Positions 9,703 to 19,987 of a DNA stretch of 64,000 nt are shown here, one piece after another. Positions within the stretch are counted from its first letter, which is position 1; each line of letters opens with the position of its first letter. The stretch covers positions 1,018 to 65,017 of the forward strand of contig JAAYDB010000001.1 in NCBI GenBank assembly GCA_012729475.1, read 5' to 3'. The translations under genes and the position numbers were made by a program. The stretch is from Bacteroidota bacterium (lineage in GTDB: Bacteria; Bacteroidota; Bacteroidia; Bacteroidales; VadinHA17). The notes under the pieces are model-generated. The model was given only the letters and a program-made list of their open reading frames with translations, was not told where the DNA came from and ran no database searches.

Positions 9703-10278
9703 TTATTTTACTATACCTGTAAATCCCATAAATGCCAGGGCAAGAATACCGGCAGCAATAAGTGAAAGAGGAACACCTTTCATTGATTTCGGAACGTCAG
9801 CAAGATCCATGTGTTCACGTATGCCGGCCAGGAGTATAAGTGCAAGACCGAAACCTACTGCAGTTGCAGCACTGTAAACAACTCCTTCCAGAAGGTTGTA
9901 ATCTTTCTGAATGACCAGAATTGCAACTCCCAGAACAGCGCAGTTAGTAGTAATTAATGGAAGGAAAATCCCGAGAGCCTGATAGAGAGGCTGACTGATC
10001 TTTTTAAGTATTATTTCAACTATTTGCACAAGAAATGCAATGACCAGGATAAAAGTGATTGTCTGCATGAAAGCTATTCCCAGTTTATCAAGGACATATG
10101 TCTGAATAAGGTAAGTGACAGTAGTAGAAAGAACCATAACAAAAGTAACTGCACCTGCCATGCCAATAGATGTATTTACTTTGCCTGATACGCCTAGGAA
10201 AGGACATATTCCAAGAAATTGGGCAAGGACGACATTGTTGATTAATACAGCCGAAATTATTATCAATATATATTCCAT
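9703..10278 (-). CDS. rnfA: Rnf electron transport complex subunit A
   Basis: 191 aa polytopic membrane protein with an RnfA/RsxA-like N-terminus ([20 protein letters not shown]). Last gene of the rnf cluster. Confidence 0.92.
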   Translation of the reverse strand: MEYILIIISAVLINNVVLAQFLGICPFLGVSGKVNTSIGMAGAVTFVMVLSTTVTYLIQTYVLDKLGIAFMQTITFILVIAFLVQIVEIILKKISQPLYQALGIFLPLITTNCAVLGVAILVIQKDYNLLEGVVYSAATAVGFGLALILLAGIREHMDLADVPKSMKGVPLSLIAAGILALAFMGFTGIVK

Positions 10279-10290
10279 GTCATTATATTC

Positions 10291-10872
10291 TTAAGTTCTT
10301 TTTAAACTGTTTATGAATCCTATCAAATAACCAAGAGCAATGAAAGCTCCGGGTGCAAGAATGAATATCAGGATACCGTCACCATTGATAAATTTATAAC
10401 CAAAAACAGACCCGTTTCCCAGGATTTCTCTTATAGATCCAAGTATTCCCAGAGCCATGGTAAAACCCAGTCCCATACCAGCTCCGTCAATAAATGATGA
10501 TAGTGTTGTATTTTTGCTGGCAAAAGCTTCTGCGCGGCCAAGCACTATGCAATTCACAACTATAAGAGGGATGAATATGCCAAGTGTTTCATAAAGGGTA
10601 GGTACATAGGCCTGCATAAACAGATCGACAATAGTCACGAATGATGCAATAATTACAATAAAAGAGGGGATTCTTACCTTATCAGGAATAATACCTGCCA
10701 GAAGGGATACAACTATATTTGAGCAGATAAGAACAAAAGTAGTGGCTATACCCATTCCCAGTCCATTTAATGCCGAAGTTGTCGTAGCAAGAGTAGGACA
10801 GGCTCCCAGAACAAGTACAAGTATCGGGTTCTCCTTGAAAAATCCTTTTGTGAAATTTTGTAATTGATTCAT
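10291..10872 (-). CDS. rnfE: Rnf electron transport complex subunit E
   Basis: 193 aa polytopic paralogue of RnfA (ENPILVLVLGACPTLATT), at the canonical position. Confidence 0.92.
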   Translation of the reverse strand: MNQLQNFTKGFFKENPILVLVLGACPTLATTTSALNGLGMGIATTFVLICSNIVVSLLAGIIPDKVRIPSFIVIIASFVTIVDLFMQAYVPTLYETLGIFIPLIVVNCIVLGRAEAFASKNTTLSSFIDGAGMGLGFTMALGILGSIREILGNGSVFGYKFINGDGILIFILAPGAFIALGYLIGFINSLKRT

Positions 10873-10918
10873 GCTAAGCTTTTTTTATTGTTTTATTCAC
10901 TTTGCAGGTTTATTAGTT

Positions 10919-11530
10919 TTATTGGCTCTCAGTGTCGGATGGACCTGAAGTTCCATCATATGTTCCCCCGGAAAAAAGGGTGCCATATGCACGTTGCACA
11001 GCATCGCAGAAAGCTCTTGAGCTAATTGTGGCAGCAGTGATGGCATCAACCGGTCCCCCGTCATTTTTAACTATAAGAAGAAAGTCAGAAGGGTTTTTCT
11101 CCATGAACTGATCTTTAAAAGAGGGCTCTGACATCTTAGTGCCCAGTCCAGGTGTCTCTTTGTGTTCCAGTACAGCTATATTGAATATTGTACCGTCAGG
11201 TTTAAAACCGGCCATAAGTGATATTTTACCTCCGAAGCCCTTGTCAGTGTAAGTATTCACTGCATAGCCTACTGTATTATCATCTACTTTCGCAGGATAA
11301 ATCTCAAGACTGTCCCCGTCCATTGTTGGCATACGGAACATTTCTGCATTGGGGTCATTGTTAAATTCAGGGACCACCTGTCTTATTGCTTCGGTTTTCT
11401 TATTCAGAACTGTGCGGGCAATAGGTTCTTTTGTTAATTCATATACGAAGGCTAAACAGGCAGATGCTCCCATTGCAATGAGAGTCAAAGCCAAAGCCAT
11501 GTTCTTAAAACTGGATTCTATTTTAGCCAT
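10919..11530 (-). CDS. rnfG: Rnf electron transport complex subunit G (FMN-binding)
   Basis: It has a single TM segment and an FMN-attachment motif (VDAITAATISSRA). ATG 11530 overlaps the rnfD stop by 8 nt. Confidence 0.9.
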   Translation of the reverse strand: MAKIESSFKNMALALTLIAMGASACLAFVYELTKEPIARTVLNKKTEAIRQVVPEFNNDPNAEMFRMPTMDGDSLEIYPAKVDDNTVGYAVNTYTDKGFGGKISLMAGFKPDGTIFNIAVLEHKETPGLGTKMSEPSFKDQFMEKNPSDFLLIVKNDGGPVDAITAATISSRAFCDAVQRAYGTLFSGGTYDGTSGPSDTESQ

Positions 11531-12524
11531 TTTTAACCTCCTCTCCAAATCTTCCGGGTTTAATATATCTGTTCATTAGTGGTACAAATGCATTCATTAT
11601 CAATATTGCAAATGAGACTCCTTCAGGATAGGCTCCCCATACCCTTATTACAACTGTAAGTATTCCGATTCCAATACCATAAATGATCTGAGCTTTTGGG
11701 TTCATTGGTGAAGTGACATAGTCGGTAGCCATAAAAACAGCACCAAGAAGAACACCTCCTGCCAGAATATGGAACATAGGATCTGCATTTTTTGCAGGAT
11801 TTGCGAGCCATAGGATAGTAGTAAAAATCCCAATAGTAGCTATTATCGAAACAGGTATGTGCCAGGTTATTATTTTCCGCATAAGAAGGTAAACAAATCC
11901 TATTAAAAGTGCTATGGCTGCTATTTCTCCAAGAGAACCTCCCATATTACCCAGAAACATCTGGGAAGGTGTTGGTATCTGTGTAATAAGATCGGATAAT
12001 GGTTCACCATTTTTCAGGCCTTCTTTTACGATAGCCAGTGGGGTAGCACCAGTGACCGCATCAGTATACCCGGTATTAAAACCTGCAGGTACGGGCCAGC
12101 TTGTCATTTGAACAGGGAAAGAGATAAGCATAAAAACCCTGCCCACCAGGGCCGGGTTAAACGGGTTGTTTCCCAGTCCGCCAAAAGTCATCTTGGCTAT
12201 CCCTATAGAGACTAAACTACCAATTATAATAATATGAACAGGCAGGTTTGAGGGTACATTAAATGCCAGCAGAAGTCCTGTTACCAGGGCAGAACCATCA
12301 GTAACAGATACCGGTTTTTTGAGTAAGAATCTCTGAATCAGATATTCGAAAACAAGACAGGATATAACAGATACACTTGTTACTATAAGTGCTCCGTAAC
12401 CAAAGTAAAATATTGAGGTAAAGAGAGCAGGCAGAAGGGCAATAACCACTCCAAACATTAGTTTTTTAGTGGTTTCCTGACTGTGTGAATGGGGTGATAA
12501 CGATATATTAAACAAGGTACTCAT
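11523..12524 (-). CDS. rnfD: Rnf electron transport complex subunit D
   Basis: 333 aa polytopic protein with the flavinylation motif TGATPLA. Confidence 0.92.
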   Translation of the reverse strand: MSTLFNISLSPHSHSQETTKKLMFGVVIALLPALFTSIFYFGYGALIVTSVSVISCLVFEYLIQRFLLKKPVSVTDGSALVTGLLLAFNVPSNLPVHIIIIGSLVSIGIAKMTFGGLGNNPFNPALVGRVFMLISFPVQMTSWPVPAGFNTGYTDAVTGATPLAIVKEGLKNGEPLSDLITQIPTPSQMFLGNMGGSLGEIAAIALLIGFVYLLMRKIITWHIPVSIIATIGIFTTILWLANPAKNADPMFHILAGGVLLGAVFMATDYVTSPMNPKAQIIYGIGIGILTVVIRVWGAYPEGVSFAILIMNAFVPLMNRYIKPGRFGEEVKNG

Positions 12525-12545
12525 GAAAAGTATATTAAGGATCTT

Positions 12546-13901
12546 TTATTTAACAACTCTTTCGCGTGCCATCTTTATAACAGTCGACTTTCCAAGTCGT
12601 ATATAATCAAGCAGGGGGCGCCCTGCAGGGCATGTATAGCTACAGGATCCACATTCCATGCAATCGGTTATCCGTTCTTCTTCTGCCTTTTCAAAAAGCC
12701 CTTTCTGAGCCAGAAGCATAAGAAGATAAGGTTCCAGTCCAAGAGGACAGACAGAAACACATTTTGCACAGCGTATACATGGTTGGGATGGCATTCTATC
12801 GGATTCGGAGGAGGGAAAAAGGATAATGCCAGACATACCTTTAACCACTGGTATATCAGTATTTATGAGCGCCTTCCCCATCATTGGGCCTCCGGATATA
12901 ATTTTACCTGTATCATCAGGAAGGCCTCCGGCTTTTTCAATTAACAGGCTGACAGGTGTGCCTATCCTGACAAGATAATTACCGGGATTAGCAAGAGTCT
13001 TTCCGGTTATGGTTACCACACGTTCAATTAGTGGTTTATTTTTTTGTACTGCTTCATACACAGCAAAAGCAGTTCCTGCATTATGAACAACAACATTTAC
13101 ATCAATAGGCAGCCGTCCTGAGGGAACTTCCCTGCCTGTAAGAGCTTTGATAAGCTGTTTTTCCGCACCCTGAGGATATTTTACTCTCAGAGGACATATT
13201 TCAATTCCTTCAAATGAAGCAGCAAGCTTTTTCAGATGAACTATTGCATCAGTTTTGTTATTTTCAATGCCCACTTGAGCACGCTTTATTTTCAGAGCTT
13301 TCATGAGAATTGAAATTCCGACAAGGATTTCTTTCCCTTTTTCAAGCATAAGACGATGATCGGCAGTCAGATAAGGTTCGCATTCGACTCCATTAATAAT
13401 AAGTAAGTCACATCTCTTGCCTGAAGGGACAGATAGTTTTACATGTGACGGGAAAGTGGCTCCCCCCAATCCAACAATGCCGGATTCCTGACATCTGCTT
13501 ATTATCTCTTCAGAAGATAGTTTAATATCTGTAATAATGTCATCTGACCGGTCAACACTATCAACCCATTCATCACCTTCTACATCAATAAATACTGCAG
13601 TTTGTTTATACCCTGTAGTATCAACAATTGAATCAATCTTATTTACTTTTCCTGATACAGAAGAATGAATATTGACAGATACAAAACCTTTACTGCCTGC
13701 AATAACCTGGCCTGTTTTAACGCTGTCTCCTTTATTGACGATTACAGTGGCAGGAGCTCCAATATGCTGAGAGACAGGTATGGCTACGCTCACAGGAAGT
13801 GGCAATACTTCTGTTTGTTTTGCTGCAGTCAGCTTATTTTCGGGAGGATGAATACCTCCTTTTTGAAATGTTTTCAAAACAATCTGATATTTTTGGTTCA
13901 C
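12546..13901 (-). CDS. rnfC: Rnf electron transport complex subunit C
   Basis: It carries the GLGGATFP motif and two 4Fe-4S motifs (CIRCAKCVSVCP, CMECGSCSYTCP). There is no in-frame ATG near the 5' end. Candidate starts are GTG 13901 (just after the rnfB stop at 13909), TTG 13877 (gives MKTFQKGGIHPPENK) and the track's TTG 13940. Confidence 0.9.
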   Translation of the reverse strand: MNQKYQIVLKTFQKGGIHPPENKLTAAKQTEVLPLPVSVAIPVSQHIGAPATVIVNKGDSVKTGQVIAGSKGFVSVNIHSSVSGKVNKIDSIVDTTGYKQTAVFIDVEGDEWVDSVDRSDDIITDIKLSSEEIISRCQESGIVGLGGATFPSHVKLSVPSGKRCDLLIINGVECEPYLTADHRLMLEKGKEILVGISILMKALKIKRAQVGIENNKTDAIVHLKKLAASFEGIEICPLRVKYPQGAEKQLIKALTGREVPSGRLPIDVNVVVHNAGTAFAVYEAVQKNKPLIERVVTITGKTLANPGNYLVRIGTPVSLLIEKAGGLPDDTGKIISGGPMMGKALINTDIPVVKGMSGIILFPSSESDRMPSQPCIRCAKCVSVCPLGLEPYLLMLLAQKGLFEKAEEERITDCMECGSCSYTCPAGRPLLDYIRLGKSTVIKMARERVVK

Positions 13902-13908
13902 ATATTGA

Positions 13909-14778
13909 TCACACAGAAACAGTTTCAGCCCTGGATTCAACCTTCGGTTTGCGAGGAGGAAAATTTATTTCCAGGATAGATCCTGTAGGACATTCTGAAA
14001 CACATTTTCTGCAAAAAGTACATTTGAATGAGTCTATATATGCAAGGTTATTTTTTAATGTAATAGCATCGAACTGGCATACTTTCACGCATTTACCACA
14101 ACCGATACATGCAACTTTACATGCTCTTCTGGCGGGGCCACCTTTATCGCAGTTAGAACAGGCCACGTATATTTTACGGTCTTTCTTGGCTTTTTTTCTT
14201 AACTCCAGGAGGTTTCTTGGACAGGCTTTAACACATGCTCCACATGCAACACATTTATCATCAATCACAACCGGCAGGCCGGTTTCTTCATTCATATACA
14301 TAGCATCAAAAGCACAAGCATTTACACAGTCGCCCAGGCCCATACAACCATAACTACAGTCTGTTTCTCCCATATAGAGGTTGTGAGCTATCCGGCAATC
14401 CTTAACACCAGTATATTTTGATGTATGCGGACGATGTTCAGGGCTGCCATTGCAAAGCAAAACGGCTACTTTGGGTTCTGAAACAGGGGCTTCTTTTCCC
14501 AGTACTTCAGCAATCTTCAGTATTACTGATGCTCCACCTACCGGGCAGTTGAGTTCTTCAATTTCCTTTGCATTAACAATGGCTTCGGCAAAATTCCTGC
14601 AACCGGCAAAACCACATCCTCCACAATTGGCTCCCGGGAGTAAGGCCTCTACCTGATCAATACGCGGATCTTCGTATACCTTGAATTTTTGTGCAATAAA
14701 ATACAGTATCACAGCACATATAAGTGCTATAAGACTCAGACTGACCACTGTTATGATAACCGTAGAACTCATCGGCAA
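13909..14778 (-). CDS. rnfB: Rnf electron transport complex subunit B (polyferredoxin)
   Basis: It has an N-terminal TM segment, a CGGCGFAGC cluster and several CxxCxxCxxxCP ferredoxin motifs. Confidence 0.92.
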   Translation of the reverse strand: MPMSSTVIITVVSLSLIALICAVILYFIAQKFKVYEDPRIDQVEALLPGANCGGCGFAGCRNFAEAIVNAKEIEELNCPVGGASVILKIAEVLGKEAPVSEPKVAVLLCNGSPEHRPHTSKYTGVKDCRIAHNLYMGETDCSYGCMGLGDCVNACAFDAMYMNEETGLPVVIDDKCVACGACVKACPRNLLELRKKAKKDRKIYVACSNCDKGGPARRACKVACIGCGKCVKVCQFDAITLKNNLAYIDSFKCTFCRKCVSECPTGSILEINFPPRKPKVESRAETVSV

Positions 14779-15195
14779 CTATACTTTTAAAGTGAAGGTA
14801 AATTTACTGTCTATGGTTTTTCTGAAAAACCTTAGTATTATATAATAGAGAACAAGAACAGCTATCGCTCCCAGACCTGTTGTAATTTCACTTTTTGAAA
14901 CCAGTCCCAGTGTCACAAGGGCAGCGATAAACAGTATCATGGGTAAAATATAACCCAGAAATAAGGCCTTGTATCCCATTGATTTTTTCATCCTGATTAT
15001 TACATTATCTCCGTGATTAACATCATATAACCCCGGCACAATGACAGTCTTTTCTTTCATCTCCGATAGTGAACAAAATCCTTTTGCATGACAAGCGGAA
15101 CAGGCGGATACTGAAATTATTTTAACAGTAACTGATCCATTGCTGGTATTTTCAACAATACCGTCATGTTCTATAATGCTGCATTTTTGTGTCAT
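14779..15195 (-). CDS. RseC/MucC-family (SoxR-reducing system) membrane protein
   Basis: It has a Cys motif (CSACHAKGFC) followed by two TM helices, and directly abuts the rnfB start. ATG 15195 is preferred over the track's TTG 15228. Confidence 0.8.
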   Translation of the reverse strand: MTQKCSIIEHDGIVENTSNGSVTVKIISVSACSACHAKGFCSLSEMKEKTVIVPGLYDVNHGDNVIIRMKKSMGYKALFLGYILPMILFIAALVTLGLVSKSEITTGLGAIAVLVLYYIILRFFRKTIDSKFTFTLKV

Positions 15196-15232
15196 GTCCG
15201 AAAAACAAAAAACAGAAGAAATTTTCAATTCG

Positions 15233-15240
15233 CAAAATTA
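15233..15240 (-). promoter_or_regulatory. Candidate Bacteroidota -7 promoter box (TAATTTTG) for the rseC-rnf operon
   Basis: On the minus strand TAATTTTG matches TAnnTTTG, 37 nt upstream of ATG 15195. The motif has low information content. Confidence 0.35.
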
Positions 15241-15329
15241 AAATTACTTAAAGAAATGTTCCTGCTTTTTATCATGAAATGTTAATAATTATGTATTTTT
15301 TCTTAAATAATGTTATAATAATTTGCTTA

Positions 15330-17441
15330 TCAACTGATATTACTCCACGATTGTTGTTTACTGAAAAGACGTCTTAATTCATTTTTGAGAATTATGTTCT
15401 GATTTTTTTCCAGCATTGGATCTTCCTTAATGATGTTTTCTGAAATATTTCTGACGTATTCTATTAACTGGCCATCTTTTCCCAGGTCGGCTATTTTGAG
15501 ATCGAAAGGTATTCCGCTTTGCATTGTTCCTTCAATATCACCGGGGCCTCTTAAACGAAGATCTGTTTCAGCAATTTCAAAACCATCACTGGTTCTGATC
15601 ATAACTTCTATTCTGGAAGAGGCTTCTTTGGATAATTTATCTGATGTCATAAGGATACAATATGACTGATCAGAACCTCTGCCAACTCTTCCTCTCAATT
15701 GATGTAGTTGTGATAATCCGAATCGCTCAGCACTTTCAATGATCATTACTGAGGCATTCGGTATATCAACACCTACTTCAATAACTGTAGTAGCTATCAG
15801 TATATGAGCTTTCCCTTCCTTGAAGAGCATCATGGATTCTTCTTTCATGGCTGGCTTCATTTTTCCATGGACAATACTTATACAGTAATCAGGAGAGGGA
15901 AAAACTCTTGAGATAGTATCCCATCCGTCTTCCAGATCCTTGTAGTCCATCTTTTCTGATTCCTTAATAAGTGGATATACTATATATATCTGCCTGCCTT
16001 CAGCTATTTGTCTCCGAATGAAGCCATATACCTTATTCCTTTCTGAATCAAAAAAATGCATTGTTTTGACAGGTATTCTTCCCGGAGGCAATTCGTCAAT
16101 TGCTGATACATCCAGATCTCCGTAAAGAGTCATTGCCAGAGTTCTTGGTATAGGTGTGGCTGTCATGACTAGTACATGAGGGACATTATTGTTTTTTTGC
16201 CATAATCTGGCTCTTTGTGCTACACCAAACCGGTGTTGTTCATCTATTATCACAAGCCCCAGATTACCGAATTGAACATTTTCTTCTATCAGAGCATGGG
16301 TTCCAACCAGAATGTTGAGAGATTTGTCAAGCAATGATTCACTTATTTCTTTCCTAAGAGTTTTTTTTGATGACCCTGTCAGTAGTCTGACCCTTATGTT
16401 AAGGCCTTCCAGCATTTTTGTCAATGTATTGTAATGCTGGGTGGCCAGAATTTCAGTTGGTGCCATTAAACAGGCCTGATACCCGTTGTCAATGGCTATG
16501 AGCATGCTCATGAGAGCTACCAGTGTTTTTCCGCTGCCAACATCTCCCTGAAGCAGCCTGTTCATCTGCCTGCCTGATCCAAGATCCCTTCGTATCTCTT
16601 TCATAACTCTCTTTTGGGCGTTAGTCAGACTGAAAGGCAGATTGTTATAATAGAAATTATTGAAGTTTTTTCCTACATTTGAGAAAAGGAAACCTTTTAA
16701 CTTTGTGCTGCGGTTATTTTTATATCTTATCAGGTTAAGCTGAATATAAAACAGTTCTTCAAATTTGAGACGGTGTCTGGCTTTTTCAAGTTCAGATCCA
16801 TCAGATGGGAAATGTATTTTGAGCAATGCCTGCTGTAGCCCCATGAGTCTGTATCTTGTCAGTATGTAATCGGGAAGTGTTTCCGGGAGTCCGAAATTAA
16901 TCTGCTTTAAAAGATTGCCAAGCAGTTTACTGATGGTTCTGGAAGTGATAAAATGATTTTTCAGGTTTTCAGTGGTACTGTACTGGGCCTGAAAGGCCGA
17001 AGATATTCTTTCAGCAACTTTACCGGAAGCTTCTATTTCGGGATGAATAATGTTGATTATTCCGTTAAATATTCCGGGTTTTCCAAATACGATATATTCG
17101 ACATCGGGAACATATGTCTGCATTATCCATTTTGTGCCTTTGAACCATACCAGTTTAACTGATCCCGTGTCGTCAGTGAAATCGGCGACAAGTCTTTTTC
17201 CTCTGCCCTTTCCTTCGGTATAGTACCTGGTTATCATTCCTTTAACCTGAACGAAGGGCAGATCGGGATTAAGCTCTGATATTTTATAAAATCTTGTACG
17301 GTCAATATACCTGTACGGGAAATAATAAAGCAGATCCCTGTAGGTGAATATCCTTAGCTCTTTGTTAAGCAATTCTGCCCTTTTTGGCCCAACACCCGGA
17401 AGAAATTTTATATCTGTTACCAGAAAATCCGACATACTCAA
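15330..17441 (-). CDS. recG: ATP-dependent DNA helicase RecG
   Basis: 703 aa with Walker A (GDVGSGKT), DEQH (IIDEQHRFG) and an N-terminal wedge/OB region. Confidence 0.95.
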   Translation of the reverse strand: MSMSDFLVTDIKFLPGVGPKRAELLNKELRIFTYRDLLYYFPYRYIDRTRFYKISELNPDLPFVQVKGMITRYYTEGKGRGKRLVADFTDDTGSVKLVWFKGTKWIMQTYVPDVEYIVFGKPGIFNGIINIIHPEIEASGKVAERISSAFQAQYSTTENLKNHFITSRTISKLLGNLLKQINFGLPETLPDYILTRYRLMGLQQALLKIHFPSDGSELEKARHRLKFEELFYIQLNLIRYKNNRSTKLKGFLFSNVGKNFNNFYYNNLPFSLTNAQKRVMKEIRRDLGSGRQMNRLLQGDVGSGKTLVALMSMLIAIDNGYQACLMAPTEILATQHYNTLTKMLEGLNIRVRLLTGSSKKTLRKEISESLLDKSLNILVGTHALIEENVQFGNLGLVIIDEQHRFGVAQRARLWQKNNNVPHVLVMTATPIPRTLAMTLYGDLDVSAIDELPPGRIPVKTMHFFDSERNKVYGFIRRQIAEGRQIYIVYPLIKESEKMDYKDLEDGWDTISRVFPSPDYCISIVHGKMKPAMKEESMMLFKEGKAHILIATTVIEVGVDIPNASVMIIESAERFGLSQLHQLRGRVGRGSDQSYCILMTSDKLSKEASSRIEVMIRTSDGFEIAETDLRLRGPGDIEGTMQSGIPFDLKIADLGKDGQLIEYVRNISENIIKEDPMLEKNQNIILKNELRRLFSKQQSWSNIS

Positions 17442-17466
17442 AGCTTTCGCAGGAAAATAAAAAAAG

Positions 17467-18306
17467 ATGACCGAAAATACTTATTTTTGGCAACCTTACC
17501 TAAAAAATCCATTGCCTATGTTTTTTTTCAGGGCCATGAAGTATTCTGAATATCATCTTTTTTCCCGTCATAAAAGAGGGCATGGAATTCACAGTCCCTT
17601 TGTTTTTGATCTGGTATCATTTACTTTCCGGAATAAAATTGATCCTGATATTGTCTTTGTTATTGAGAAGATAAGAAATAATTTACTTTCCGACAGAACA
17701 AAAATAGCAGTGACAGATCTGGGTGCAGGATCAGTGAAAACAGAAGGCAGTGTGAGAAACATATCAGATATAGCAGATTGTTCGGCATTACCTTTGAAGT
17801 ATTGTTTACTGCTTGCGAACCTTACCGGGAAATTTGGAGGAGAGAATGTTATAGAACTTGGTACTTCTCTGGGTATTAGTGCTATGTATATGGCTGCTGT
17901 CAGGAAGGATGCAATAGTACATACAATTGAAGGATGTCCGGCTTTATCGGAGATAGCTTCAGAGAATTTTAAGAAGGCCGGATTGGAAAATATCAGACTA
18001 TGGAACAGCTCTTTTGATGACAAGCTGCCCGGTCTGTTGAGTGATGGAATAAAACCCGGACTGGTATTTATTGATGGTAATCACAGGAAAGATGCAGTTC
18101 TGGGATATATTAAACAACTTTCTGAGGTAATGGATAATGAAAGTGTAATAGTGATCGATGATATTTATTTATCAAAAAGTATGTCTGAAGCATGGTCAGA
18201 AATAAAGAAGATGAAAAATGTAACTGTCACAATTGATCTTTTCAGAATGGGTTTGGTGTTTTTCAAAAAGTTAATGCCGGAAAGAAACTATGTCATCAGA
18301 TATTAA
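17467..18306 (+). CDS. Class I SAM-dependent (O-)methyltransferase
   Basis: It has a SAM-binding motif I (VIELGTSLGIS) and FIDGNHRKD. The start is uncertain: ATG 17467, or the internal ATG giving MKYSEYHL. Confidence 0.6.
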   Translation: MTENTYFWQPYLKNPLPMFFFRAMKYSEYHLFSRHKRGHGIHSPFVFDLVSFTFRNKIDPDIVFVIEKIRNNLLSDRTKIAVTDLGAGSVKTEGSVRNISDIADCSALPLKYCLLLANLTGKFGGENVIELGTSLGISAMYMAAVRKDAIVHTIEGCPALSEIASENFKKAGLENIRLWNSSFDDKLPGLLSDGIKPGLVFIDGNHRKDAVLGYIKQLSEVMDNESVIVIDDIYLSKSMSEAWSEIKKMKNVTVTIDLFRMGLVFFKKLMPERNYVIRY

Positions 18307-18378
18307 CAAAAATTAAGAGAATATATTTTCATTTTTTAGCCAAATAAATCTAATTTCAAAATTTTAAATTATAAGATT

Positions 18379-19080
18379 ATGGATAAAGTTATTGAGATCC
18401 AGAATATCGTTAAAAACTATCAGATCGGTTCTGTCGTGGTCAGGGCTTTACGATCGGTCACAGTTGATATTAGAAGGAATGAATATGTTGCTATAATGGG
18501 TCCTTCAGGTTCAGGTAAATCGACTCTCATGAATCTTGTGGGTTGTCTGGACACTCCCACAAGTGGCACATATATCTTAAACGGAACAGATGTGAGCAAG
18601 ATGGATGACGACTATCTGGCCGAGGTACGGAATAAGGAGATAGGCTTTGTTTTTCAGACATTCAATCTTCTGCCCAGATATACTGCACTTGAAAATGTCA
18701 CTCTGCCTCTGATATATGCAGGTGTCCCAAAAATAGAAAGAGAAAAACTTGCAACCGAGACACTGGAACATGTAGGTCTGGCAGACAGAATGACACATAA
18801 ACCGAATGAGTTGTCCGGGGGACAGAGACAAAGAGTTGCTATAGCCAGAGCACTGATAAACAAGCCATCTATAATACTTGCTGATGAACCAACAGGAAAC
18901 CTGGACAGTAAGACTTCTATTGATATCATGGGACTTCTTGATGAAATCCACAAGCTTGGGAATACTGTTATAGTGGTTACTCACGAGGAAGATATAGCAA
19001 AACATGCTGCCCGTATTATAAGATTGTTTGATGGTGAGATTTCCCAGGATTATTTAAATGAGTTTTATAAACCGGCATGA
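18379..19080 (+). CDS. ABC transporter ATP-binding protein (MacB/LolD-like)
   Basis: It carries Walker A (GPSGSGKST), the signature LSGGQRQR and Walker B ([11 protein letters not shown]). Confidence 0.9.
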   Translation: MDKVIEIQNIVKNYQIGSVVVRALRSVTVDIRRNEYVAIMGPSGSGKSTLMNLVGCLDTPTSGTYILNGTDVSKMDDDYLAEVRNKEIGFVFQTFNLLPRYTALENVTLPLIYAGVPKIEREKLATETLEHVGLADRMTHKPNELSGGQRQRVAIARALINKPSIILADEPTGNLDSKTSIDIMGLLDEIHKLGNTVIVVTHEEDIAKHAARIIRLFDGEISQDYLNEFYKPA

Positions 19081-19126
19081 TCCATTATCTTTATGTGAGT
19101 TTATAGACTGATTTTTTCTGATAATT

Positions 19127-19678
19127 GTGAAAATCTATACACGTACAGGAGACGACGGAACTACATCTATTGGTGGAAGCAGGAGACTTCAGAAATGTGA
19201 TGACCTGATAGAAGCCTTAGGAGAGGTTGATGAATTGATTTCCTGGATCGCTCTGTTAAGGGATTCGCTTGAATATAAAGAATATAAAAATTTTCTTGTC
19301 AGTATTCAGAAACAGTTAATGATGTATGAAGCTGTTCTGGCTGGTACTCCATATCGTCATGATGATATTGTTACCGAAACAGATTACTGTTCTGTTGAAA
19401 AACTTGAACAAGAGATTGACAGACTCGAGATAGCCCTTGCCCCACTCACAACATTCATTATTCCCGGAGGCCATATCATAATATCATATTGTCATATTGC
19501 CAGGTGTGTTTGCAGACGGGCTGAGAGAAGGGTTGTAAAACTTATGCTGAAAGAAAAATCATCTCCGCTTGCAGGTATTTTTCTCAACCGACTGGCAGAT
19601 TACTTGTTTGTATTATCCCGTAAGATAAGCCTGGATCTTGGTATAGAAGAGATTAAGCTATCAGGTTCAGGCTTGTGA
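19127..19678 (+). CDS. PduO-type ATP:cob(I)alamin adenosyltransferase
   Basis: The N-terminal signature KIYTRTGDDGTTS and the ~183 aa length fit the family. The start codon is GTG. Confidence 0.85.
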   Translation: MKIYTRTGDDGTTSIGGSRRLQKCDDLIEALGEVDELISWIALLRDSLEYKEYKNFLVSIQKQLMMYEAVLAGTPYRHDDIVTETDYCSVEKLEQEIDRLEIALAPLTTFIIPGGHIIISYCHIARCVCRRAERRVVKLMLKEKSSPLAGIFLNRLADYLFVLSRKISLDLGIEEIKLSGSGL

Positions 19679-19720
19679 TATTGCAGAAAATGTATATTGT
19701 TTATAACAAAAAATATTGTA

Positions 19721-19728
19721 TATATTTG
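19721..19728 (+). promoter_or_regulatory. Candidate -7 promoter box (TATATTTG) for the DUF2795 gene
   Basis: It matches TAnnTTTG, 37 nt upstream of ATG 19766. Confidence 0.35.
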
Positions 19729-19765
19729 CAAACCTTTTTAAAGATATAAAACTATTGAGGAAATT

Positions 19766-19987
19766 ATGTACTGGACACTTGAATTAGCATCAAAACTCGA
19801 AGATGCTCCATGGCCTGCAACCAAGGATGAGCTTATTGATTTTGCAATAAGGTCAGGTGCCCCGATGGAAGTGATTGAGAATTTACAAGAGATAGAAGAT
19901 GAAGGGGATATCTATGAAAGTATTGAAGATATATGGCCGGATTATCCCAGCAAGGATGATTTCTTTTTTAATGAGGATGAGTACTAG
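19766..19987 (+). CDS. DUF2795 domain-containing small acidic protein
   Basis: 73 aa. The pattern APWPATKDELIDFAIRSGAPMEVIENL is typical of DUF2795. Confidence 0.7.
   Translation: MYWTLELASKLEDAPWPATKDELIDFAIRSGAPMEVIENLQEIEDEGDIYESIEDIWPDYPSKDDFFFNEDEY

Noticed and set aside
13799-14353. 184-aa + strand ORF antisense to rnfB/rnfC. Similar long antisense ORFs occur at 33639-34160, 47543-47980, 4492-4950, 17589-18023, 18577-19005 and 41584-41976.
   Set aside because: Each lies entirely inside a strongly supported gene on the other strand. Their composition is low-complexity or odd, and I recognise no motifs. They are shadow ORFs.
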